NCBI GenBank assembly: GCA_030765235.1
Contig: JAVCCW010000029.1
Location: forward strand, 12,939 to 76,938
Source of the DNA: Candidatus Gorgyraea atricola
GTDB taxonomy: Bacteria; Omnitrophota; Gorgyraeia; Gorgyraeales; Gorgyraeaceae
Reading direction: 5' to 3'
Length of the DNA: 64,000 nt
Under the pieces are notes generated by a model. It ran no database searches. It worked only from the letters and a program-made list of their open reading frames with translations, and was not told the origin of the DNA. Positions within the stretch are counted from its first letter, which is position 1. Each line of letters starts with the position of its first letter. Of this stretch, positions 10,279 through 18,081 are shown one piece after another. A program made the translations under genes and the position numbers.

Positions 10279-10671
10279 ATGAAGAAGTTAGTAGCATTAA
10301 CAATTAGCCTATTAGTAGTTGCGATGGCTATACCTTGTTTTGCTGGAAGCGCTCGTATCCTCAGTGATGAGGAGCTTGATATGGTTTCAGCTAAAGGTGT
10401 TGATCAGCCAGAGGTGATTTGGGAGATCCTCCCTATGGTCTCAGGCAACATGGAAGATTTCTTTGCTAATGGCGTACCGTATGACCTTGGTAGTGGTAAC
10501 ACAGTTTTTACCATGGGCGGGAACGCGCAGCAGAATCTACAAGCCTTAAGCAATATAACTGCGGTTAATAGCGCAGTCGGAGTCTTGATAAATATCACTG
10601 TTGTTAACGGCAATCTTACTGGGACAGTTAATCAGACCAACAACGCCCAGATAACCAACTTCGTATTCTAG
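10279..10671 (+). CDS. Small secreted single-repeat paralog of the giant repeat proteins (candidate minor/nucleator subunit).
   Basis: Signal peptide, N-terminal 'ILSDEELDMVSAKG' family motif, one repeat 'GGNAQQNLQALSNITAVNSAVGVLINIT', and a C-terminal aromatic residue. Confidence 0.7.
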   Translation: MKKLVALTISLLVVAMAIPCFAGSARILSDEELDMVSAKGVDQPEVIWEILPMVSGNMEDFFANGVPYDLGSGNTVFTMGGNAQQNLQALSNITAVNSAVGVLINITVVNGNLTGTVNQTNNAQITNFVF

Positions 10672-10696
10672 TAGGCCAGGTTTAAACCTGGCCTAC
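10671..10696. repeat. REP palindrome, consensus copy.
   Basis: GTAGGCCAGGTTTAAACCTGGCCTAC. Confidence 0.85.
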
Positions 10697-10716
10697 GTGG
10701 CACCAGGTGGAATATT

Positions 10717-11412
10717 ATGAGAAAGCATAACAGTATATTTATATTTGTCTTTATTTTAGCGATGTCTTTAGTAGCAGAGCCTTGCTTTGCTGCTAGTATT
10801 GGCATTGCAGGCAGGATAAACAAGAACGTAAAGAGTCTCAAAGAGATACGTCATCAGAATATTGAAGCTCAGAGTCTGGATTACTCCTGTGGTCCGGCGT
10901 CTCTAGCTACTCTTCTGAGCTATTACTTCGGCGATAAAGTCACCGAAGTAGACGTACTCGAGACGCTCCTTACGACCTGCGACATTGAAAAGGTAAAGGC
11001 AAAGAAGGGCTTTTCGCTCTTAGACCTGAAACGTTTTGCCCAGTCCCGCGGCTACGATGTAGTCGGCTATAAGATGGACCTGGAGTTTCTCGTTGAGCTC
11101 GATAAGCCAGTCTTGATCCCCGTGAGTATAAAGGACTACTCGCATTTTGTTATATTCCGGGGGCTAGAGGGCGATCGCGTGTTCATAGCTGACCCAGTAC
11201 TGGGCAACATGACCATGCGCTACGAGAAGTTCGAGAGGATCTGGGAAGGCGGCATAGGCCTGGTGCTTAATGGCAGAGACGATGAGAAACTAAAAGACTC
11301 TCCTTTAAGGATAAGCGGCCAAGAAGAGGCAGTTTTCGCGGACGCTACGACTGTACGAAGGCTATTCGGAGTAAATTCCCTAGGCACCATCTTCGCGGAT
11401 GGCGAGTTCTAA
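10717..11412 (+). CDS. Periplasmic peptidase C39-like domain protein (stand-alone, with a signal peptide).
   Basis: Signal peptide. Catalytic-Cys motif 'QSLDYSCGPASLATLLSYYFG' and a downstream His 'DYSHFVIF', as in double-glycine/C39 peptidase domains. Confidence 0.6.
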   Translation: MRKHNSIFIFVFILAMSLVAEPCFAASIGIAGRINKNVKSLKEIRHQNIEAQSLDYSCGPASLATLLSYYFGDKVTEVDVLETLLTTCDIEKVKAKKGFSLLDLKRFAQSRGYDVVGYKMDLEFLVELDKPVLIPVSIKDYSHFVIFRGLEGDRVFIADPVLGNMTMRYEKFERIWEGGIGLVLNGRDDEKLKDSPLRISGQEEAVFADATTVRRLFGVNSLGTIFADGEF

Positions 11413-11413
11413 A

Positions 11414-11459
11414 CTTTACACTTTAAGTGTAAAGTAGGCCAGGTTTAAACCTGGCCTAC
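11414..11459. repeat. TTTACA/TGTAAAG hairpin followed by a consensus REP.
   Basis: CTTTACACTTTAAGTGTAAAG then GTAGGCCAGGTTTAAACCTGGCCTAC. Confidence 0.8.
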
Positions 11460-11476
11460 AGTTACTGTTGTAATGG

Positions 11477-11496
11477 ATTCCCGCTTTCGCGGGAAT
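11477..11496. repeat. Palindrome ATTCCCGC-TTTC-GCGGGAAT (second repeat family core).
   Basis: Perfect 8-bp stem. An expanded version is at 17211-17266. Confidence 0.5.
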
Positions 11497-11550
11497 GACA
11501 AAGTTAACGGTTGACATATACCTATAATTTGTGGTATAAAGTCTATAGCC

Positions 11551-12465
11551 ATGAGACATTTGATGGTATTTTTTATTCTCTGGAGTAGTATGTTTCTTGC
11601 TGCACCCATCAGCATAGGCGCTAGCCTGGCTGAAGAGCAAAGGGAAATAGAGGGGGTAGTAGTAGGGTATTACTCTGCCAAGATCAGCTGGGCAACAGAT
11701 GAGCCAGCTACTTCACAGGTAGACTATGGCACATCAGGGTTTATATATGAACAGAGTTCCCCAGAGCGCAACAGCCTATTAATCAATCACGAGATAATCC
11801 TGAGCAACCTCAAGCCATCTACCCTATATCATTACAGGATAAGGAGTAAGGACGCTTTTGGCAATGAGGGTGTGAGCCAGGACCTTACATTTAAGACTCT
11901 GGATTTCTCCATAGCTGATAATAAAGCACCCACTATATCTAATATAAAGGTAGCCTCTCTTGCAGGCGTAAAAGAGCCTACCTATTTATCAGATGAGGAG
12001 GCAGCTGCTATTATAGGTGCAGGCCCGGCAGCGCCTAAAGGCAATTTCCCGGGTGGTAAGATAATTGCAGTAGCAAAGGCAAAACCAAAAGCAGAACCAA
12101 AGGCAGAGACAAGGCATATACAGGAGGGATCTGAGCCTGCAGCTTCAGGCATGATCCATTCAGCAGGTCAGCTTACTAAGCACGAAGCGCCAGTGGAAAA
12201 GACGCTTGTGCAAAAGGGCGGATTACTCATGCCTAAAGGCACATGGCAGTATGAGCCAAGTTTTGCCTATGCTCATACATCAGCAAATCGTATTGCCATA
12301 AGCGGATTTACAGTGCTGCCGGTTCTAATAATAGGAAGCATTTCCGTAGACGAAGTAAAAAGGGACATACTTATACAAACCAATACCTTTCGCTATGGGT
12401 TATTTAATAATTTCCAGGTAGAAGTAAAGGTCCCATCCCATATAGGTATCAATACGAGCGTATAA
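11551..12465 (+). CDS. Secreted FN3-like domain protein with an Ala/Pro/Lys-rich linker. It appears to be the N-terminal part of a frameshifted FN3 + outer-membrane beta-barrel gene.
   Basis: Signal peptide. 'KPSTLYHYRIRSKDAFGNEG' is FN3/purple-acid-phosphatase-N-like. Linker 'KAKPKAEPKAE'. C-terminal beta-strand-like segments run into the next ORF. Confidence 0.55.
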   Translation: MRHLMVFFILWSSMFLAAPISIGASLAEEQREIEGVVVGYYSAKISWATDEPATSQVDYGTSGFIYEQSSPERNSLLINHEIILSNLKPSTLYHYRIRSKDAFGNEGVSQDLTFKTLDFSIADNKAPTISNIKVASLAGVKEPTYLSDEEAAAIIGAGPAAPKGNFPGGKIIAVAKAKPKAEPKAETRHIQEGSEPAASGMIHSAGQLTKHEAPVEKTLVQKGGLLMPKGTWQYEPSFAYAHTSANRIAISGFTVLPVLIIGSISVDEVKRDILIQTNTFRYGLFNNFQVEVKVPSHIGINTSV

Positions 12466-13043
12466 CCACAGCAGACAATATAGAAACTACAGATAATCTG
12501 TCTGGACTTGGTGATATTGAGGCAGGATTATATAAGCAGATAGCGTTTGAGCATGGATGGGTACCAGATCTAATAGCTGGGGTCAGTGTAAAGTCAGACA
12601 GCGCCGATAAAAGCCCTTATGAGAATCCAGGAGATATTGGCTTAGGAACAGGGCACTGGGCAGTAAAAGGGAGCCTGGTGTGGGTAAAGTCAAGCGACCC
12701 GGCGATTGTCTTTGGTGGATTGAACTATACATGGAATATGGAAGATGATATTACAAATTACGGCAAGATAAATCCTGGAAATACTATTGGATATTCTCTT
12801 GGAATGACCTTTGCCTTGAATTACCAGGTAGCATTAAACCTGGGCGTGGACCAGAGCGTTACCGAAAAGATGAAAATAGATGACACTCCAGTAAATGGCT
12901 CATTTACTAATGTAGCCAGTTTTAAATACGGTTTTGTCTGGTCTGTAAACAAGAACTTTTCCTGTGATGTATCCGCAACACACGGCCTAACAGAAGACTC
13001 ACCTGACATGGTCCTGGAAGTCCGCTTCCCGTATACCTTCTAA
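12411..13043 (+). CDS. Outer-membrane beta-barrel C-terminal domain (MetA/transporter-like), ending in Phe. It continues the previous ORF in a different frame.
   Basis: Frame 0 is open from 12411, overlapping the 304-aa ORF, whose stop is at 12463-12465. Amphipathic alternating strands and a C-terminal 'RFPYTF'. Confidence 0.55.
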   Translation, partial: FPGRSKGPIPYRYQYERITTADNIETTDNLSGLGDIEAGLYKQIAFEHGWVPDLIAGVSVKSDSADKSPYENPGDIGLGTGHWAVKGSLVWVKSSDPAIVFGGLNYTWNMEDDITNYGKINPGNTIGYSLGMTFALNYQVALNLGVDQSVTEKMKIDDTPVNGSFTNVASFKYGFVWSVNKNFSCDVSATHGLTEDSPDMVLEVRFPYTF

Positions 13044-13051
13044 ACCCAACA

Positions 13052-13098
13052 AAAAAAGCCGAGGCTGGACCTCGGCCATTGGCCGAGGTCCAGCCTCG
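13052..13098. terminator. Large A-tract-flanked palindrome: two inverted copies of the GCCGAGG-CTGGA-CCTCGGC hairpin. Likely a bidirectional terminator.
   Basis: AAAAAAAGCCGAGGCTGGACCTCGGCCATTGGCCGAGGTCCAGCCTCG. The same hairpin recurs inside leuS at 62150-62180. Confidence 0.55.
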
Positions 13099-13136
13099 AA
13101 AGTTTAAACCCGGGCTACAGCTTTACACTCGTGCAA

Positions 13137-13162
13137 GTAGGCCAGGTTTAAACCTGGCCTAC
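13137..13162. repeat. REP palindrome, consensus copy. A half-copy, GTTTAAACCCGGGCTAC, lies at 13102-13118.
   Basis: GTAGGCCAGGTTTAAACCTGGCCTAC. Confidence 0.85.
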
Positions 13163-13209
13163 TTGTTTTGCTTTGTTTCGTTAAGTTTTAAAAAATATTA
13201 AAAAAGTAT

Positions 13210-13238
13210 TTGACAAGACAGCGTTTACATGGTATACT
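13210..13238 (+). promoter_or_regulatory. Sigma70-like promoter: TTGACA, 17-nt spacer, TATACT.
   Basis: TTGACA at 13210-13215 and TATACT at 13233-13238, upstream of the EPS outer-membrane protein gene. Confidence 0.4.
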
Positions 13239-13286
13239 TTCGTTCAATACCGTATAAAACCGTAGTAACTAAACGAGAGGTGGTTC

Positions 13287-14459
13287 ATGAAGAAAGTATG
13301 TAAAATTGTATTAAGTTTGTGCTTTTTGGCTTCCATTCTTGTAATTAACTCCACATTATATGCTGCAGAAGGATTAAAGATAGGCGATGCAGAGATCATC
13401 CCTTGGGGTGAAGTGCGACTTCAGTATGATGACAACATATTCCTGGATTCTGATGATGAAAAGGATGACATTATAGTCACGCTTGTGCCAGGTGTATCTC
13501 TTGAATGGCCATTCAGTGATAATCTTCTAAAGCTTGACTATCACGCGGAGATCACAGAGTTTATGGATTATGGCTCAAATGATGCCACGAACCATTATTT
13601 CTCCGGAGACCTGGAGGTAGAATTGCAGGACCTTACCTTTAATATATATGATGACTATAAGCATGTATATGAAAGGGCGTCCACAGAGGATACCTTAAGG
13701 ATCAAGAGGGAAGACAATACTATAGGTATCAGGGCTGGCCTGGAAAAGGATCGGCTTGGTGTACAGCTTGGTTATGAGCATTTTACTCGTGATTACAAAG
13801 ACGAAGATACTTATGATATTTATGACAGAAAAGAGGATATTTATTCCGCGGTCCTTACCCACCAGACATTCGCAAAGACAAAACTTCTGGCAGAATATGA
13901 TTTCGGGCAGATCAGGTATGATAGTTCCACCCGTTCAGACTCAGACTACCACCAGTTTCTTGTTGGCGCAATAGGCGAACTGACTCCAAAAACTACAGCT
14001 ACTGTAAAAGCAGGTTATCAGTTCAGGGAGTACGATGATAGCACCCAACCTGATTTTGATACAGGAGTGCTTTACGCGGATCTGACACACGAATTTTCAG
14101 AAAAAGATGCTCTTAAGCTTTCACTGACCAGGACAGCTTACGAGTCCACTTATGATATAAATAATTATTACACTGTAGAGAATGTAACCGCGATATACGA
14201 CCACTATTTCACTGCAAAACTACTTGGTTTTGTAAACGGCATATACCAGGTCAATTCCTATCCTCGAGAGACTACAGAAGGGACTGAGACACACAAGAGA
14301 GAAGACAGGTATGCTTCTTTGGGCGCTGGTTTCAGGTATTATATGCAAGAATGGCTGACATTTACTATGCAGCTCGAGCATATAGACAGGGATTCTAATT
14401 TTGATACATTTGATTACGAACAGAATCTAGCCACACTTACTGCAAAGGCGGTATTCTAA
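13287..14459 (+). CDS. Outer-membrane beta-barrel protein of the EPS export locus (PEP-CTERM-locus-type putative OMP).
   Basis: Signal peptide, Asp/Tyr-rich amphipathic strands and a C-terminal '...AKAVF'. Located immediately upstream of wza/wzc. Confidence 0.6.
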   Translation: MKKVCKIVLSLCFLASILVINSTLYAAEGLKIGDAEIIPWGEVRLQYDDNIFLDSDDEKDDIIVTLVPGVSLEWPFSDNLLKLDYHAEITEFMDYGSNDATNHYFSGDLEVELQDLTFNIYDDYKHVYERASTEDTLRIKREDNTIGIRAGLEKDRLGVQLGYEHFTRDYKDEDTYDIYDRKEDIYSAVLTHQTFAKTKLLAEYDFGQIRYDSSTRSDSDYHQFLVGAIGELTPKTTATVKAGYQFREYDDSTQPDFDTGVLYADLTHEFSEKDALKLSLTRTAYESTYDINNYYTVENVTAIYDHYFTAKLLGFVNGIYQVNSYPRETTEGTETHKREDRYASLGAGFRYYMQEWLTFTMQLEHIDRDSNFDTFDYEQNLATLTAKAVF

Positions 14460-14460
14460 C

Positions 14461-15027
14461 TTGCGATATTTAACCTTTCTATTAGCGCTAACTCTAGTAC
14501 TGAATCCTTTCACACTCCTTGCTGAAGAGTACAAGGTCGATACAGGGGATGTGCTTCTTATCACTGTGTATGAGCAGGCAGACCTTACTACTAAGGTGCG
14601 CGTTAGCTCAAAAGGCGAGATCACCTTTCCTCTGATTGGTACTGTAAATGTAAAGGACCTCACAGTGGAAGAGATAGAGAAAAAGATAATGGTCTCACTT
14701 AAAAAAGACTACCTCGTAGACCCTCAGGTCAATGTCTTTATAGAAAAATATACAGAGAAGAAGGTATTTGTAATGGGTTTTGTAAATAGGCCAGGCGAAT
14801 ATGAGCTTTTTAAAGACCGTCCTACCACAGTGCTTGAGGCAATTACTATGGCAGGCGGTTTTAAAGAAGGCGCAGCTCAGAACGGAACCAAGGTACTGCG
14901 CGTAGATAATGGCCAAGAACTCACCATAGCTATAAAAGTAACAGACATCACGAAAAAGGGCGATAAAGAAAAGGACATCCCTGTAAAACCAGGAGATATT
15001 GTTGTCGTGCCAGAGAGTTTCTTTTGA
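14461..15027 (+). CDS. wza: Polysaccharide export protein, Wza/KpsD/EpsA family (Poly_export + SLBB).
   Basis: 'PGDIVVVPESFF', 'VDTGDVLLITVYEQ' and 'GEITFPLIGTVNVKDLTVEEIEKKI'. TTG start. Confidence 0.8.
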   Translation: MRYLTFLLALTLVLNPFTLLAEEYKVDTGDVLLITVYEQADLTTKVRVSSKGEITFPLIGTVNVKDLTVEEIEKKIMVSLKKDYLVDPQVNVFIEKYTEKKVFVMGFVNRPGEYELFKDRPTTVLEAITMAGGFKEGAAQNGTKVLRVDNGQELTIAIKVTDITKKGDKEKDIPVKPGDIVVVPESFF

Positions 15028-15057
15028 ACACAGATGATCGCAGATGAAAGGATATAG

Positions 15058-17118
15058 ATGATCACAGATGTAACTAAGAACATACATATGCGTGATTACC
15101 TTAATATAATAAGTCGCAGGAAATGGCTCGTCATAAGCTTTTTCCTGATCACTGTTACGCTCGTGACAGTGACATCTTTCATGCAGAAAAAGGTCTACAG
15201 GGCCACTGCCACAGTAATAGTGGATGTGGAAGGCCCGAGTGTCCTGGCGGTAAAGGATGTTGTTAAGCTCGGTGAGACCAATTATTTTGCATACCGCGAT
15301 TACATAGAGACCCAGCAGGAGATAATAAGGGGCAGGCGCACTGCCTACCGTGTCATGAAGAACCTGGGATTGATCAAAAAAGAAGAGTTTAGCGAATCCA
15401 AAGACCCTATACAGACACTTCTGGAAAAGGTAAAGGTAGAGCTATTGCGTGATACAAGGATCATCAATGTACGCGCAGAAGATAACGATCCTAATCTGGC
15501 CAGCCGCATCGCGAATGAGTTTGCCAAGGTCTATGTTGATTCCAACATAGCTATGAAGATGAAGATGTCGCAGGATGCTCAGGATTGGTTAGGAAAAGAG
15601 GTTGATATCCAGAAGAAAAAGGTAAGAGAAGCAGAACTGAAACTTCAGGCTTACAAGGAACAAAATAGTATTGTTTCCATAGAGAACCAGGAGGCCATGA
15701 TCGATGATGGCCTGGCTAAACTGAATTCCAGTTATCTGGCAGCGCAGGAGCGAAGGATAGGCGCAGAGACTACCTATAATAGCCTTATTGATAGCAGTGG
15801 AAATGTGGCCATGGAAAATCTGCCATCGCTTTTAACAGACAATAAGTCCTTACAGTTATTAAAGGACGATTACCTGAAGCAAGAGGCGCTTTTAGTCGAA
15901 TATAAGAAGATCTACAAGTATAAGCATCCTAAGATGATAAAGCTCTCAGAGAATATAGATTATCTTAAATCTCGCCTGAAGAGCGAGATAGGGAATGAAT
16001 ATAATAGCGCAGTCGCGGAGGAAAAAAAGTTTAAGATGGCTCTTGCCGAACAAAAGAAAGAGGCCCTGGGATTAGAGCGTAAGATCATAGAGTACAGTGC
16101 CTTAGATAGAGAAGTAGAGACCAATGACCGTATTTTAGAGATCGTACTCAATAGACTCAAAGAGACATCTATCTCCAGCCAGATACAGGCGAATAATGTA
16201 CGAGTGCAGGATCTGGCAGAGCCTCCCATAAAACCAATAAAACCAAAGAAAAGAATAAATATCATACTTTCCATGATCGTGGGTTTGATGGGCGGCATAG
16301 TCCTCGCGTTTTTCAGGGATTATATGGACATCAGTTTAAAAAATCCCAATGAGATAGCCAGTGTGCTTCAGATACCTTTACTAGGGTCTGTGCCTAAGGT
16401 TAAATTAGACGGGAATCGTATCAGGAAAAAGGCTGATATCGACCGTGTTGTTGAAAAGGATTCGGCTTCACTGGCTTCAGAGGCCTACCGTTCAATAAGG
16501 ACAAATCTTTTATTCTCGCTAAACCATTCAGGCTCTTCAAAGAGTATAGTTGTAACAAGTTCTGTACCCAAAGAAGGAAAAAGCATTACTGCGGTGAATC
16601 TCGCGCTCATGATAGCTAATAGTGGAGAAAGAGTGCTTTTAGTAGACGCTGACATGAGAAGGCCAAGACTTCATACAGTATTTAATGATGATAATTCAAT
16701 AGGCCTTACGCAGTTTTTATCAAAAGAAGCGGACTTTGAAAGTGTAGTCAAACCTTCCGGCATAGATAATCTAAGCATAGTCACTTCAGGAGGCACTATT
16801 GGCAGTTCCGCGGAATTGATCTCTTCAGAACAGATGAAAATTTTCATAGAAAAGGCATCATCTGGATTTTCAAAGATCATCTTTGATACACCACCTATAG
16901 CCTTAGTTACAGACGCGGCATTGCTCTCGAGTATCTGTACAGGGGTGCTCCTGATAGCTGAAGGCGGCAGGGCAACAAAGGATTTATTGATAAAATCCAA
17001 AGGACTCTTAGAAAAGGTAGACGCGAAGATCTTAGGCGTCATAGTCAATAATATATCTCTTACCAGCGATAGTTCCTACCAGCAGTATTACTACGGAAAG
17101 ACTTACGGTAAAACTTAA
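15058..17118 (+). CDS. wzc: Chain-length determinant / BY tyrosine autokinase (Wzc/EpsG-like).
   Basis: Two transmembrane segments, a coiled-coil periplasmic region, Walker A 'VTSSVPKEGKSITAVNLA', 'LLVDADMRRP', Walker B 'IFDTPP' and a C-terminal Tyr cluster 'YQQYYYGKTYGKT'. Confidence 0.85.
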   Translation: MITDVTKNIHMRDYLNIISRRKWLVISFFLITVTLVTVTSFMQKKVYRATATVIVDVEGPSVLAVKDVVKLGETNYFAYRDYIETQQEIIRGRRTAYRVMKNLGLIKKEEFSESKDPIQTLLEKVKVELLRDTRIINVRAEDNDPNLASRIANEFAKVYVDSNIAMKMKMSQDAQDWLGKEVDIQKKKVREAELKLQAYKEQNSIVSIENQEAMIDDGLAKLNSSYLAAQERRIGAETTYNSLIDSSGNVAMENLPSLLTDNKSLQLLKDDYLKQEALLVEYKKIYKYKHPKMIKLSENIDYLKSRLKSEIGNEYNSAVAEEKKFKMALAEQKKEALGLERKIIEYSALDREVETNDRILEIVLNRLKETSISSQIQANNVRVQDLAEPPIKPIKPKKRINIILSMIVGLMGGIVLAFFRDYMDISLKNPNEIASVLQIPLLGSVPKVKLDGNRIRKKADIDRVVEKDSASLASEAYRSIRTNLLFSLNHSGSSKSIVVTSSVPKEGKSITAVNLALMIANSGERVLLVDADMRRPRLHTVFNDDNSIGLTQFLSKEADFESVVKPSGIDNLSIVTSGGTIGSSAELISSEQMKIFIEKASSGFSKIIFDTPPIALVTDAALLSSICTGVLLIAEGGRATKDLLIKSKGLLEKVDAKILGVIVNNISLTSDSSYQQYYYGKTYGKT

Positions 17119-17210
17119 TTTCTGATTTTTGCATTAGAGAACAAGGGGGATCGTCTTAGCATGAAGCGATTAAAAAAACATAAAATCAATTAAAATCGAA
17201 AGCATAATGG

Positions 17211-17266
17211 ATTCCCGCTTTCCCCGTACCATTCGCTTCGCTCAGGTACGGGGCACGCGCGGGAAT
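17211..17266. repeat. Composite palindrome: ATTCCCGC ... GCGGGAAT with an internal CCCCGTACC ... GGTACGGGG hairpin.
   Basis: Expanded version of the element at 11477-11496. Confidence 0.5.
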
Positions 17267-17279
17267 GACAGCAACAATA

Positions 17280-17305
17280 GTAGCCCAGGTTTAAACCTGG
17301 GCTAC
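17280..17305. repeat. REP palindrome variant: GTAGCCCAGGTTTAAACCTGGGCTAC.
   Basis: Perfect palindrome with compensatory changes in both arms. Confidence 0.8.
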
Positions 17306-17322
17306 CAAAAAGGAGAAAAATC

Positions 17323-18081
17323 ATGAAAAAGAAATTCGAAGGAGATGTTTATTTTACACCAAAGCAGGCTGCAGAGTATTTTAATCTGAGTCTGTCTACT
17401 ATTAAGAATTACATCTATGCGGGCAAGCTTAGGACGCTAAAGACGCCAGGGGGCCATCACAGGATCAGCAAGGCTGAACTCTTTGCTACCCTGGATCACG
17501 GGGTCGCATCCAGCGACTCGCTTTCTTCAGCTATATTCCTGTCCAACATCACCATGGCCTTATTCAATGCGATCGGCCCTGCAGGAAAATCCCTATCCCT
17601 GCATGTGCAGAATGTCTCTGAGCTATGCAGTCAGATAGCAAAGAAGCTGGGCTTAAGCGATCTAGATCTAAATCGCATAAAAATAGCAGGCCTTGTCCAT
17701 GACATAGGGCATATAGGCATAGACAAGAGCATACTTTTAAAATCAGGGCCATTGAGCGCCCAGGAATATGAATTAATAAAGAAACACCCGACACTGGGCC
17801 ACCAGACATTGAGTTCGATAAAAGAATTGAACGGCATCGCGGACCTTGTGATCCAGCATCATGAGAGGATAGACGGGACTGGTTACCCAAAAGGCCTTAA
17901 AGGAAGTGACATCCATGTGGGCGCGCGCATTATAGCTATTGCAGAGGCGTATGATTCAATGGTCTCAGAGCATTCGTATAAGACGCCTGTTTCAAAGAAC
18001 AAGGCCATAGCTGAGCTTATGCAGCATAAGGGCACGCAGTTTGATAAAGATATCGTGGAGATCTTTACTAAGATCATATGA
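17323..18081 (+). CDS. Second excisionase-type HTH – HD-GYP protein, paralogous to 1976-2797.
   Basis: 'TPKQAAEYFNLSLSTIKNYIYAGKL...TPGGHHRI', 'HDIGHIGI' and 'HHERIDGTGYPKGL'. Confidence 0.8.
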   Translation: MKKKFEGDVYFTPKQAAEYFNLSLSTIKNYIYAGKLRTLKTPGGHHRISKAELFATLDHGVASSDSLSSAIFLSNITMALFNAIGPAGKSLSLHVQNVSELCSQIAKKLGLSDLDLNRIKIAGLVHDIGHIGIDKSILLKSGPLSAQEYELIKKHPTLGHQTLSSIKELNGIADLVIQHHERIDGTGYPKGLKGSDIHVGARIIAIAEAYDSMVSEHSYKTPVSKNKAIAELMQHKGTQFDKDIVEIFTKII

